Assembly (NCBI GenBank): GCA_963798085.1
Contig: CAWCRS010000010.1
Span: 1-64,000 of the forward strand
Origin: an uncultured Gemmatimonadales bacterium
GTDB taxonomy: Bacteria > Gemmatimonadota > Gemmatimonadetes > Longimicrobiales > RSA9
Length of the DNA: 64,000 bases
Direction: 5' to 3'
Shown here: in pieces, positions 11,159-22,253 of the stretch
Position numbering within the stretch: position 1 is the first letter of the stretch
How the letters are laid out: each line of letters begins with the position of its first letter
The notes under the pieces: model-generated
Database searches by the model: none
The model's input: the letters and a program-made list of their open reading frames with translations, nothing else
What the model was told of the DNA's origin: nothing
Made by a program: the position numbers and the translations under genes

Positions 11159-12175
11159 TCAATGTGGTAATGCCACCTTGAGTATCCGTCCGCGATCGTT
11201 GTCTACCAGGTACGCGCGGTGGCCTGATGGATCGATCGCGAATGCGGTCACTCCGTTCAGCGCCTGGATCCGGTAGCACCTTTCGACGGTTCCATCCTTC
11301 TGCTTCAACCGCCACACTGTGATGTGTTTGCGGAGCGGGGAACCCAGAATCCATAGATCGGCGGTGCTGGTCTGAATGTCTGCGATGAACTGCGGTGGAT
11401 AAAAACGCCTGACGTTCGGCTCGTCGAGGTTGAGTTGGATATACTCCTGGCGCAACTGCTCGTCGCCCGGCTCTGACAGCGTGTCAGCCCATTCCAGGTC
11501 GCCCGTTGATGCATACCGCAGAACAACCGGAGAGGCTTTCATTGCCAGATAGACTGAGCCGTCGGCGGATCGGGCCGCTACCACATTGTTCTGGAACAGC
11601 GCCGGCAAACGCCCATGCTGCAGGTCCGCTCGCATATCGCCGGGTGTGAAGCCCGGTGGCAACGGAACGGCCACACCGAAACCGCGCACCTTCTTCCCGT
11701 GGTTGTCGAGCAATACGGCGAGACCGTCGTGGAAGCCGCCGGTTGCAGTCAGGACGCTGCCGCGCGCATCGATCGTGCTGCTGCTCGCGTACGCGTCTGT
11801 TTCCGCAGGATACATCACGACGCGCTGATCGCTCTTGCTGATCAATACCATTCGGGAGTTCCCCGCGTCGTAAATCTGCAACGTGTCCTGGCGTTCACTT
11901 ACCGCGGTTGGCCCCCTGAACTCCATCGGCCCGTCACCCTCTCGACCCAGTGTGGTTGCCGAGCCTGCTGCGGTGTCGATCATCAGGATGCGATTGTTCC
12001 TGGAATCGGCTGCATACAAGCGGCCGTCTGCACCTAGCGCCAAGTCTGCGATCTCGCCAATCACTTCCCGATCCGATGCAACGAGTTCGGTGACGGCGCC
12101 CGCCTCGACGTCGACCGACTGCGTCACTTCCGAACCGGCCTTGACGCATGCGCTGGACAAGTACACATATGTCAA
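11159..12175 (-). CDS. 6-bladed beta-propeller (NHL/TolB-like) lipoprotein
   Basis: Lipobox-like LSSAC; GRLYAADSRNNRI, LGREGDGPMEFRGP, LQIYDAGNSR blade motifs. True start unclear. Confidence 0.75.
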   Translation of the reverse strand: MTYVYLSSACVKAGSEVTQSVDVEAGAVTELVASDREVIGEIADLALGADGRLYAADSRNNRILMIDTAAGSATTLGREGDGPMEFRGPTAVSERQDTLQIYDAGNSRMVLISKSDQRVVMYPAETDAYASSSTIDARGSVLTATGGFHDGLAVLLDNHGKKVRGFGVAVPLPPGFTPGDMRADLQHGRLPALFQNNVVAARSADGSVYLAMKASPVVLRYASTGDLEWADTLSEPGDEQLRQEYIQLNLDEPNVRRFYPPQFIADIQTSTADLWILGSPLRKHITVWRLKQKDGTVERCYRIQALNGVTAFAIDPSGHRAYLVDNDRGRILKVALPH

Positions 12176-12462
12176 CGTGAGAACGCATCCGGCAATGCTC
12201 AGCCAGAAAGCTGCGGGTCTGATTGCAGACCCTTTCTGCGTCGCTTACAGAACGAAGCCCCGCAGGCGGATGTCCCCACCGCATACTGTTTCCCCCTGAC
12301 ACTGATCGCTCCCAAGGGCCGTTCCGCCTTCACCAAGCCCCGCGGGGTCCATTGCTACGACAGACAAGCATACTGCCGCGGCTCAATGTTAAATTGAGTG
12401 CCGACGAACCGGTTCACCGCTGGGCACGATGCACAACTCCTTACACGACGTCAAGCACCCTG

Positions 12463-12860
12463 CTAAGGAACCGTGACATAATAAGTGATTGATATGACCG
12501 AGGGCGCCCGGGGCGGATCGTATAGTTCCAGTCGCCGTGAAAGGTGTGGCGCTCGAGCTTGATCCTGGCGAGTTGCTGGTCCGTGATCTTGACGCCGAGA
12601 GGATAGGAGCCGTGATCGATGTCCGAACGGATCCTGAGGCCGGAAGTGGTCGTGGTGGATCCGATGAGACTGACGATGGCGGCGAGACTCACGAGCGGTT
12701 TCCCTCTCCAGTTCATGGCGATGTAGGAGAAGAGCCTGTGCTCGATCTTGTTCCACTTGCTTGTTCCGGGAGGGAAGTGGCAGACGGTGATCGAGAGACC
12801 TGTTCGGCTGGCGAGCTTGTGGAGTTCCTATTTTCCAGAGTCGGACGCGGGATCCAGCGC
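12463..12860 (-). mobile_element. ISAzo13-family transposase C-terminal remnant with probable element end
   Basis: GSRVRLWK*ELHKLA...VCHFPPGTSKWNKIEHRLFSYIAMNWRGKPL...FHGDWNYTIRP; internal stop codon. Confidence 0.85.
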
Positions 12861-13248
12861 TATGTGTTTCCACCCGGCGCAAGGCGCGGACCGGCGGAAC
12901 GCCGAAGCGTCGTCGCAGATGGCGGACGATCGCGCGGTAACTACCACCATACGCATGATCACGGCGCAGAATCTCGCACACCAGACGCGCCTGTACGGGC
13001 CGCCCCGAACCGGTAACACGGCTGTCATCCAGCCGCTGCAGGATCGCACCGATCGTTTCCTCGAACCCATCCACGCCCGTCGGCTTGCGCTTCCGCCCAT
13101 CCACTACAATGCCTGCAGCCTGCTGCCGAAAACGGTACCGCAGTGCTACTTCTGTCACGCCCAGCTGCGCGGCCAGCTTCCGCATGGGAGTCCTGCGTCG
13201 CACCATCTCCGTCCCTACCATGATCTGCTCCTTCGTGAGCTTCGCCAT
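12861..13248 (-). mobile_element. istA: IS21-family IstA N-terminal remnant
   Basis: HTH (MRKLAAQLGVTEVALRY), HAYGGSYRAIVRHLRR, ending RRVET where IstA has RFETxPG; abuts the ISAzo13 remnant. Confidence 0.7.
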
Positions 13249-13349
13249 GGAATCTCCGGATCGAGGGTCCTCGATACGGAGCGTGCCCGCACGGGCACCG
13301 TCAACGGTCGGTGCGCAAGTCTTCGTGTCCCCAGACCTCCAATCTGGAC

Positions 13350-14681
13350 CAGGCTCCTACAGAAGTCTCGAAGGAGTTCAAGGTCTCGGACCAGACGTTG
13401 CGCAACTGGGTGCAGCAGGCGGAGCGGGATGCGGGTCGGCGCAATGACGGACTGACGAGCCTGGAGCAGGAAGAGCTGAAGCGGTTGCGGCGCGAAAACA
13501 AGCAGCGCGTCGAGCGGGAGATCCTGGCAAAAGCCGCGGCCTGGTTCGCTCGGGAGACCGATGCGGTACCGTCCAAGTCTACCCATTCGTGAGAGCTCAC
13601 CAGGCCATGTATCCGATTGCCACAATGTGTCGCGTGCTGGAGGTCTCCACCAGCGGCTACTATGCGTGGTGCAAGCGCTCGCTGCCGCGGCGGGCGCAGC
13701 GTGATGCGGAACTGACGGCGCAGATTCGCCAGGTCCATGCGGAATCCGACGCATTTACGGGCGGCCGCGCGTACACGCGGAGCTGCGCGACGCGGGCGTG
13801 GCCGTGGCGGCGAAGCGAATCGGGCGACTGATGCGCGAAGCGGGACTGCAGGGAGTGAGTCGGCGTCGCAAGGTGATAACGACAATACGTGCGCCGCACG
13901 ACCGACCCGCACCGGATCTGGTGCAGCGGAAATTCGAAGCGACCGGTCCGGATCAGCTGTGGGTGGCCGACATCACGTACATCCCCACGCAGCACTCGAC
14001 ACTCTACCTGGCGGTGGTGCTGGACGTGTGGAGTCGGCGGATCGTCGGCTGGGCCATGGCGACGCATCTGCGGAGTGAGCTGGTGGTCAAGGCGTTGGAC
14101 ATGGCGATCGAGCAGCGTCGGCCGAAGAACGTGATTCACCATTCGGACCAGGGGAGTCAGTACACGTCTCTCGCCTTCGGTCAGCGCTGCCGCGACGCAG
14201 GCGTACGGCCGTCGATGGGCAGTGTCGGGGACTGTTATCATAACGCGATGTGCGAGAGTTTCTTCGCCACGCTCGAGTGCGAGCTGCTGGATCGCTATCG
14301 CTTTCACTCGCCTGCCGAGGCCCAGACCGCAATCTTCCGTTTCATCGAGGGCTGGTACAACACCCGTCGGCGGCATTCCGCGCTCGGTCAGCGCTCGCCG
14401 ATGAACTTCGAAAACACCGTTCGGCCCGCCGCATGACGAAACCTTCGACCGCCCAGGGGGAGTGCTGCGATACCTTCCCCGCCAACAACTCGCGTCATAC
14501 GCGATTCTGGAGGCTCGCTCCACTGACCAACTCCTCCTCACGGCAGAACACAAGGGGCGCCGCGCGCCTTCCGCGCTTCGGCTCACGCGACGGTGGGGAG
14601 GCTGCATCAACTGATACAATGGCATATTCTCATGCCGAGAGATCCCAATCATTCACTGTCCACGAAATCGGGACAGGCTCA
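13350..14681 (+). mobile_element. IS3-family element copy 1, 5'-truncated and degenerate
   Basis: OrfA tail to 13592 (TLRNWVQQ...[13 protein letters not shown]); OrfB 13589-14436 with frameshift near 13760 (WVADITY, HHSDQGSQY, ESFFATLECE, YNTRRRHS); right IR CTGTCCACGAAATCGGGACAGGCTCA ending 14681. Confidence 0.92.
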
Positions 14682-15128
14682 AACTTCTCACGAACTTGTA
14701 GTCAGGCGATAGCAGGGACAATGAGCCAGTACCCTGATCGAACACGAACAACGTGTCGCCAATGCCGACTGTTACGAAGCTGATCTGCATGAATTCGCCA
14801 GGCCCTTGCCTTGATGGCCCACCGTGCGCACGTATCGACCAACGCTGTCAAATACCAGCAGCACCAGAGCAATCGTGTTGCGGAGGTAGTACCGTCCGCG
14901 GCTGTCTCGGGGAAGGAAGAAAGGGCGAGTGACACCGCCGTTCTCTTCTCCACCGCTGCGCAGAATCACCTCCGGGCGCAGGATCATTCTGCAGCGACAA
15001 TTGGTCGCCGGGTGCAGTTGCACAACCGGGAACGAGTCACTCGACGCCTGTTGCATAGCCCGGCCGTTTACGGCAAGGAGTAGCGAGAGTGGAAACCAGG
15101 TCGTGAGAGTAAGAAAGGATCGCATCAT
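14682..15128 (-). pseudogene. N-terminal part of a secreted 6-bladed beta-propeller, truncated by IS3 copy 1
   Basis: Signal peptide, RDSRGRYY, LVFDSVGRYVRTVGHQGKG then (frameshift) PGEFMQISFVTVGIGDTLFVFDQG...YKFVRS running into the IS3 IR. Confidence 0.75.
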
Positions 15129-17243
15129 GACTCACCTGCCTCGATCATGGTCAGTCGGAGTCGCCATTCGCATGCCTGATATCGAAGCTGTTTGCTGCAC
15201 CGGCCTGTTGCGTTCCTGTGGCCGCGGTGCTGAGGATGCCTCACCCGCTGGGGCGCGCTGATGGCTGCTCAACGCGAATGCGAGTCAGGCGGTTGCATCA
15301 TGCCTGGTTCTCACCGATGTCGATCGTCAACCAGAACCAGTCTCGTCAATGCGCTTACCGTATCTGAACCGCGCATCACGGCGACGCTGAGCTGGTAGCG
15401 GCCAGGCTCCATGGCCGCCTTCAAGGATCTCTCGACTCCAACTACGCCACTCGCATCGGGTTGCGATTGCTCGACAAAAGCGAAGTCGAGAACTCGGCGC
15501 TCGCCGAATACCGCCTTCAATTTCGCTAACAGGCCACCACTGCTGACCGGCGCCATGGTGACACGGGTGCGGATGGAATCTCCCTGCCGGACGCCATAAA
15601 CCTCATAGTACATCCTGAAGATACTATCGGCCGCCACACGGTGGCCAGGCAATGGTGTCACTTTGGTGGATCCTCGCCGCAAGCCCTCTCCGCCCGTCAT
15701 CTCACCGATCACAATGTCGCTGATCGCAAGGCCATTGCCGAACGCGGGAATCGCCCGGGATTCCGAAATGATTGCTCCCTGGTCAGCATCGTAACCATTT
15801 CTCAGCGCCAGAATGCACCACGGCGTCATCTGCCGGGTGGACTCGCATGGGTAGAATGATACGGATCCGCTGCTCCGGTGCGAGCGCGTGATCCGTGACG
15901 AAATTGAGGGTCGTGTCCGCACGTTCCACGCTCTGGGTCGCGGCGTCCGCCACCGCCACGCTCACGTCAAGCCGATATTCGAATTGTCCGTGTTCTTGAA
16001 TGGCGGTCAGCTCATTGCCACGAACCATGAGCCCGGCCACGAAGTCCGTCCCATTCGCGGCGCCCTTGAACGCGTACAACGAACTCGAAATGCCCACGGG
16101 ATCAGCAAAATGAGGGGTCGCGGCTTCGGAGGCGAGGACCCGCGCAACTTCCTGCTGCGCCTCCTGCTGTCGCGCCAACTGCTCCATACGTATCGCAGGC
16201 AGTTCACTCGCCAGTTGATGCTGCTTCACAATGAAGAGGCAGCGAGTTGCCTCGGCCGCGGCCGACGGATCAAACAGCCCAAGTCTGACACCATAATCCA
16301 TGACCGCACTCTGGAAGTGGTTCTCCCAGCCAGAAATGGGCGGATCTCCTCGAAGATAGCGCTGCTCACCCCGGATTCCATCCTCGCCATACATGTAAAA
16401 GAACGGATCACAGGTGGCCGGAGCCGTGAGTACGAAATCCGGGTAGTCGCTTGTCTTTCGAAATTCAACGATTGTGCCGCCATTGATCGCGCCATACGCC
16501 CATGCTTCCTTGCCGGCACCCGTCGGGCCGGATGGCGCTCGGATCACCTCATCCGGTTCGCCATATCTTATGAACACAAGTCCGCGATCATCATAGGGAA
16601 ACCGCAGGTACAAGGAGTCACGGATCAGTGATTCGTCAGGTCGCGCGCCGCGATGCGCAAGACGCAAGTAGTTGCGCATGGCGATCTTCAGGCGCCGGAA
16701 ATGCTCACCCAGACGGCCAGCGACGGTCCGGCCAGCCGTCGATGCGCGCCATTCCCACTTCGTTCTTATCCATGATCTCTCTGCGTCCGGCAGCAGCCTG
16801 CCACGTTCGCGTTCTTCTTCCGAGGTCAGCAGTGGAGCAATGTCTTCCCGGTATCGATACAATGCTTCCTCAGTGGCCATTGAAAGCCCGTGCAAGTAGG
16901 CGTCGCCACCTTCGCTGCTCTCCGGATCCATCTGAAGCAGAGCCACACCTCTGGCCCGCCAACCAGAAGCATCACCCAAACCTGCAGCCTTCATTGGACC
17001 TGTCCCGATTCCGTGGACGGTTGAGTGTTTGGGTTGCCTGCTGCCGGCGCATGGCAATCCGTTCTGCTGTTGTTGATATGATGGATCCGTTTGCTGCCTG
17101 GGGTCCGAGCGAAGGCGAGGAGACCGCGCACGGCGCGGCCGCCCGCGGAAGGTGCCTTGTCGCGAGCCTCCAGAATCGCGTGTACGGGCCGGGAGCGGCC
17201 GGGAAGGTATCCCAGCACCCCCCGAATCGGCGGTGCGTGCGAC

Positions 17244-18092
17244 TCACGCGGCTGACCCATGCAGTCGCTCGAAGTTCATGGGTGAGCGTTGACCCAGCGC
17301 AGAATGGCGCCGGTGCGGATTGTACCAGCCTTCGATGAAATGGAACACCGCTGTTTCGGCTTCCGCCGGCGTGCGAAAGCGGTAGCGGTCGAGCAACTCG
17401 CACTCGAGCGTGGCAAAGAAGCTTTCGCACAGCGCGTTGTCGTAGCAGTCGCCCACGCTGCCCATCGAGGGACGCACGCCGGCCTCGCGACAACGCTGAC
17501 CAAATGCCAGCGACGTGTACTGACTGCCCTGATCGGAGTGATGGATCACGGCGTGCGGACGCCGCTGCATGAGCGCCATGTTCATCGCCGCCACTACCAG
17601 TTCACTGCGCAGGTGTGTGGCCATGGCCCAGCCCACCACCCGTCGACTCCACACGTCCACCACCACCGCCAGATACAGCATCCCGCTCCAGGTCGAAATG
17701 TACGTGATGTCGGCCACCCAGAGCTGATCCGGCCCCGTCGCCTTGAACTGACGGTCCACCAGATCCGGTGCCGGTCGGCTGTCCGCATCGCGCACGGTCG
17801 TGACTACCTTGCGTCGACGGCTTACGCCTTCCAGCCCTTCTTCCCGCATCAGGCGGCCCACGCGCTTGGGGGACACCGCCTCACCGTCATCCTGCAACTC
17901 CGCGTGCACACGCGGGCGGCCGTACGTCCCGTCCGACCGCTCGTGGATCTCGCGTATGCGCTGTTTCAACTGCGCGTCGCGCTCGGCTCGCGCCGACGCC
18001 CGACGCTCGAACCATGCATAGTACCCGCTGGTGGAGACCTCCAGCACGCGGCACATGGTGGCAATCGGATACATGGCCTGGTGGGCTCTCAC
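17244..18092 (-). CDS. IS3-family transposase OrfB (DDE integrase core)
   Basis: YGRPRV, WVADITY, HHSDQGSQY, DNALCESFF, YNPHRRHS. Confidence 0.95.
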   Translation of the reverse strand: MRAHQAMYPIATMCRVLEVSTSGYYAWFERRASARAERDAQLKQRIREIHERSDGTYGRPRVHAELQDDGEAVSPKRVGRLMREEGLEGVSRRRKVVTTVRDADSRPAPDLVDRQFKATGPDQLWVADITYISTWSGMLYLAVVVDVWSRRVVGWAMATHLRSELVVAAMNMALMQRRPHAVIHHSDQGSQYTSLAFGQRCREAGVRPSMGSVGDCYDNALCESFFATLECELLDRYRFRTPAEAETAVFHFIEGWYNPHRRHSALGQRSPMNFERLHGSAA

Positions 18093-18397
18093 GAATCGGT
18101 AGACCTCGACGGCACCGCATCGGTCTCCCGAGCGAACCAGGCCGCGGCTTTTGCCAGGATCTCCCGCTCGACGCGCAACTGCTTGTTCTCGCGCCGCAGC
18201 CGCTTCAGCTCCGCCAGCTCCTCGCTGGTCGGCCCTTCACGGCGGCCCGCATCCCGATCCGCCTGCTTCACCCAGTTGCGAAGTGACTGCTCCGACACCT
18301 TGAATTCCTTCGCCAGCTCTCCGATCGAGCGACCCGCCCGGGCCAGGTCGATAAGCCGACTACGGAATTCCAAGGGATACGACCGTCGTTTCGACAT
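18089..18397 (-). CDS. IS3-family transposase OrfA
   Basis: MSKRRSYPLEFRSRLIDLARAGRSIGELAKEF (HTH), zipper [22 protein letters not shown]. Confidence 0.93.
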   Translation of the reverse strand: MSKRRSYPLEFRSRLIDLARAGRSIGELAKEFKVSEQSLRNWVKQADRDAGRREGPTSEELAELKRLRRENKQLRVEREILAKAAAWFARETDAVPSRSTDS

Positions 18398-19550
18398 TGT
18401 GGACTCCTTTCTCTACCCAAGAGAGTAAGTGTCCACGAAACCGGGTCAACTCCACATGGCGGTAGTTGCCGCGTCATCGAATCTACCCAGAGCAATCTGG
18501 ACTTCAGAAAGCGCCGTCCATGGACCGGGATTGCTTGTGGTGACTCTTGCCAGCCTTTCGAGGACGGTTTCGGCTTCGCGCAGTGTAGTTGAATTGCGAG
18601 TCGCCAACCCAAGTGCGGCCAGCTCCACACCCAGTTCCGGAGCCGCCCATTCACGCAGCACTTCGCCGAGCAGGCGGCGGCCTTCCATTTCCGCGTTGCT
18701 CGCCTGGTACGCCGGCCGGTAGTTGATGCCCTCGGCGCCCGGGGGCTGAACCTCTACTCCACGGATCAGAGCCAGTGCCAATGCAGCCTTGAGAGCGAGA
18801 TCCGATTTCGAGGCGGCCCACGCCCGGCGCAATTCCACTACCGCATTTCTGGATTTCCCGGAGTCGCACTGATCAACCCATTCTGATAACAATGTCAGTC
18901 CCGCTCGACCCTGCTCGAGCGCCAACCCCTTTGTTGTTGCGTTGAGACGGGCCCGGACGAGGGCAACTGCATTGGGCTCACCCGCAGACCCCACGACGGG
19001 CCAGCCGCACGTCGCTGCACTGTAGGACGGCGCTCGATTCTGGCCCATTCCGGGTGATGCCGTCACGACCATTGTCAGGGCGAACACGGCCGTTGCGCAG
19101 ATCCTGCCTGGAGGCCTGTCACGAAAGAACTGACTCATACGGTCTTTGCCGAAATCGATCGGATCATGTTATTCCGGTCGTCCTGAATTGGATACCGCCC
19201 AACGAGGGCACGCATCATCTGCGCGCAGGTACCCGCGACGCCCATGGATACTTCCCGACATTGTGTTCGGAGCGGTGCAATGCCGCCATGGCGCGGCGGC
19301 AGCCTGCTTCCGGGCCGCCCATAGTCGTCGCGAGCTGTTCGTCAGGCCCCGTCCTCTCTGCCACGGCCCGATCCCGCCCCGCAGCATTTACAGATGGCAA
19401 TAAACATACGGGATTGCCTCAAATCAATCAACTATTTCGTTGCGATCCAAGTTCGTCGTGGGGTACATCCTGGCGATCGGCCCTTGACTGAACACAGTCT
19501 TATCGGTCCAGGTACATTGGCATCTCAGCGGTTAATCCTGCGCCGTCAGA

Positions 19551-21770
19551 TCAGATATGAAATTGAGGATATGGCTCATTTCGCGCGGCATACAAGAACC
19601 TACCACCAGCGTCTACTGCGATCGCAATCATTGCTTCACCAAGGCTGAGGATGCGTTCCAAATCACCGCTTGCGCCGAAGACATACAATGTGTCACCGTA
19701 ATAGGCGGCCCGGCCAGTGCTTTTATTGCTTGCCCCGAGTACAGGCAGTAGATATGGTGCGAATTAGCAGCAATGTCCGTGAAGGCCCATGTTGTTTCAG
19801 GTGCATGCTGAAACACCGGCTGCCCGGAACGGCCGATCATGATTCTATAGCGACGCGCCACTCCTTGGCCTACTTCAGTGGTGTGGAGTAGATGACCAGT
19901 ATGATCGTACAACTCAAGACGCGGATAGAATTGGTACGCCACCGCTAACACAGAAGTATCACCAATAAACGTTATCGTTGTCCGATTGAGGTTCGTTCGC
20001 GCGAAAGCGGTCGGGGTTCAGCAGTTGCCAGCCCCAGTTGGCGATCTTGGTTAGGCGATCACCTGAAAATAGGTAAACACGGAAGAGACTGGGCTCGCTG
20101 AAGAAGCCGTTCGCGACTAGTACTAACTTGCACAAGATCGCGTTATCATGTAAATAGGGGTCCACAGTATTCACTCCTTGCGGAGCGAGCACCATGGGCC
20201 GGGCGACCGAGATCGTATTGACGGTGCAGCAGCGGCAGACGCTGGAAGCGTGGAGCCGCAGCAAGGTCATGGAGTTTCGCTATGTGGAGCGCGCTCGCAT
20301 CATCCTCGATGCGGCGCGCGGGGAGAGCACGAGCGCGATTGCGCGACGGCATCAAGGTGCGCCCCGCGACCGTGAGCAAGTGGCGGCTTCGTTTCGCGGC
20401 GCAGGGTGTGAAGGGCCTGACCGACGCGGCGCGGACGGGGGCGCCAGCCGCCTACGACGAGGACACCGAGCGGCGCATCCTGGCGCAACTGGATGAACCG
20501 GCGCCGCGCGGTTTTGCGCAGTGGAACGGGCGGTTGGTGGCGGAAACGCTGGGCGATGTGTCGCAGGCCCACGTCTGGCGGGTACTGCGCAAGCACCAGA
20601 TCCAACTGCAACGGCGCCGGAGCTGGTGCATCAGCACGGACCCCGAGTTCGGTCCCAAGGCGGCCGATATCATTGCGCTGTACCTGAACCCACCCGAAAA
20701 CGCGATCGTGCTGAGTATCGATGAAAAGCCGCACATCCAGGCTCTGGAGCGGGCTCAGGGCTACCTGCGGCTGCCGAATGGCCGCGCGATCAGCGGCTTC
20801 AGCCACGACTACCAGCGTCACGGAACCACCACGTTGTTCGCTGCCCTCGATGTGTTCACGGGTCAGATCAGGGCCGGGCACTACCAGCGCCGCCGCCGCC
20901 GGGAATTCCTCCACTTCATGAACGAGGTTGTCGCGGACTATCCGGCCGACGTGGATATCTATGTGACCTGGACAACCTGAGTACGCACAAGCCCAGGCAC
21001 GACCACTGGCTCGCACGGCACAAGAACGTCCACTTCCACTACACTCCCACCCACGCCAGTTGGATGAACCAGGTGGAATTCTGGTTCAGCATCATGGCGC
21101 GCGCGGCACTTCGGGGCGCCAGCTTCACATCACCGGAGCAGCTCCGCGAAGCCATTGATGCATTCGTCGCCGTCTACAACCCCCGGGCCACGCCCTTCGA
21201 ATGGCGCAAGGAAGTGGTACACCCGGTGCCGCTCAAGCACCGTTACGCTGACTTGTGCAAGTAAGTACTAGGGTATCACCGATCCAGGTTGGCTGGAACA
21301 TGACCCGATCCAAGGGCACCGTCGCGTCGGGCACTGTGTTTCGCAGCGGAAAGCGCTGTGCCCGGCCACCGCCAATGTCGAAAATCCAGAGATACTTACC
21401 TACCACCTGCACATGTTGTGGTGCAATGAATTCTCCGGGTCCAAGTCTGCCGACGGCCAAACCAAGAGAGCGCGGTGCGTCTCCTCAGGTCCAGAAAACT
21501 TGACAAACGCTGACGGTCGGCTGTTCCAGCGTCACCAACGTTGTATCGTCCACGATTTGGATGTCTCGAATGAACGAGAAGGTCAAGCTATCACCAATGA
21601 CTCCGATTGGCTGCCCGACAATTGCAGGAACAGGGTCCGCAGTGGTATCCGTCGGCCGACAGACTGAATGCGGTCAGAAAGGGCTGGCCCTTCCCACATA
21701 CAGAGGCAAGGCAGGTGAGAAGGGCCGTGCCGATGCGCAATGAACGTTTGGCGACGATCTTCAGGCGCAC
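19551..21770 (-). pseudogene. BF3164-like/TolB-like beta-propeller lipoprotein interrupted by IS630, multiple frameshifts
   Basis: GTG 21770 MRLKIVAKRSLRIGTALLTCLASVC (lipobox-like); GPGEFIAP...LWIFD; IS removal gives in-frame GDTL|VANGFFSE; later FTDIAANSHHIYCLYSG and LYVFGASG...IAVDAGGRFLYA. Confidence 0.7.
20120..21268 (+). mobile_element. IS630-family element with TA duplication; transposase 20194-21264 has two frameshifts
   Basis: IRs GTACTAACTTGCACAAG / CTTGTGCAAGTAAGTAC; TA at 20118-20119 and 21269-21270 (CTAG target); SIDEKPHIQALER, YQRHGT, DNLSTH, SWMNQVEFWF motifs. Confidence 0.95.
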
Positions 21771-21779
21771 GCTGTGGCG

Positions 21780-22063
21780 TCACAGTAGTGGGGGAGAGTC
21801 CATTCCGGCACACTCATACCAGAAGTACTGCCCATCGTCGTCATTCGGGAAGCCCCCACTACAATAGACTATCCAATTCCCGAAGTTGTAGGCGATCCAT
21901 GCCCCATTGTAACAGAATTCGCCTGGAGCGCCAATGCAGTCACCAGACTCTTCCGCACAAACATCATTGGCTCCCAGCATGCCCAGTGCTGAACCTGCGC
22001 GGCTGCCGCGCGGCACGAAGAGCATCAAGAGAGGAATCGCAACCACGAAAGGGTCCTGCGCAT
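21780..22063 (-). CDS. Small secreted Cys-rich peptide (~94 aa); one base appears missing in a T-run just after the start
   Basis: AAGGAGG RBS then ATG at 22063; adding one T to ACCCTTTCGTG gives MRRTLFVVAIPLLMLFVPRGSRAGSALGMLGANDVCAEESGDCIGAPGEFCYNGAWIAYNFGNWIVYCSGGFPNDDDGQYFWYECAGMDSPPLL. Confidence 0.7.
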
Positions 22064-22253
22064 TTTGAGCCTCCTTGCGCTAAAAGGTAATAGAGTGATA
22101 GAAGGAGTCCGGCAGCGCTCTGACCGCGAGCCGACAAAGCAAGCATATGCGAACGTCAAGGGCAAGTTTCGTCGCTTTTCTTGCGTTTTGCCGACCACCA
22201 GATTTCATTCTGGCGCGCGGATCGCAGCAGTAAACCTGCGATCCTTTGTGCTC

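Larger units (their letters stand above)
16995..18454 (-). mobile_element. Complete IS3-family element copy 2 with 3-bp target duplication CAT
   Basis: IRs TGGAGTTGACCCGGTTTCGTGGACAC / TGGACCTGTCCCGATTCCGTGGACGG; CAT at 16992-16994 and 18455-18457; intact orfA and orfB. Confidence 0.95.
15311..19138 (-). pseudogene. Secreted TPR + GWxTD-like domain protein interrupted by IS3 copy 2 (also frameshift near 15812)
   Basis: Signal peptide at 19138; TPR-like PWTALSEVQIALGRFDDA; removing the IS rejoins AATTAM|KAAGLGD in frame; DDRGLVFIRYGEPD resembles the GWxTDRGxxYIxxGxPD motif; C-term LAISDIVIG, YYEVYG, PGRYQLSVAV. Confidence 0.75.

Noticed and set aside
12463..13248. 261-aa ORF as a real fusion transposase
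   Set aside because: Only the first ~130 aa are IstA-like; the rest reads ISAzo13 DNA out of frame.
20194..21264. Programmed frameshifting in the IS630 transposase
   Set aside because: Two breaks with no obvious slippery run; consistent with the window-wide indel pattern or decay.
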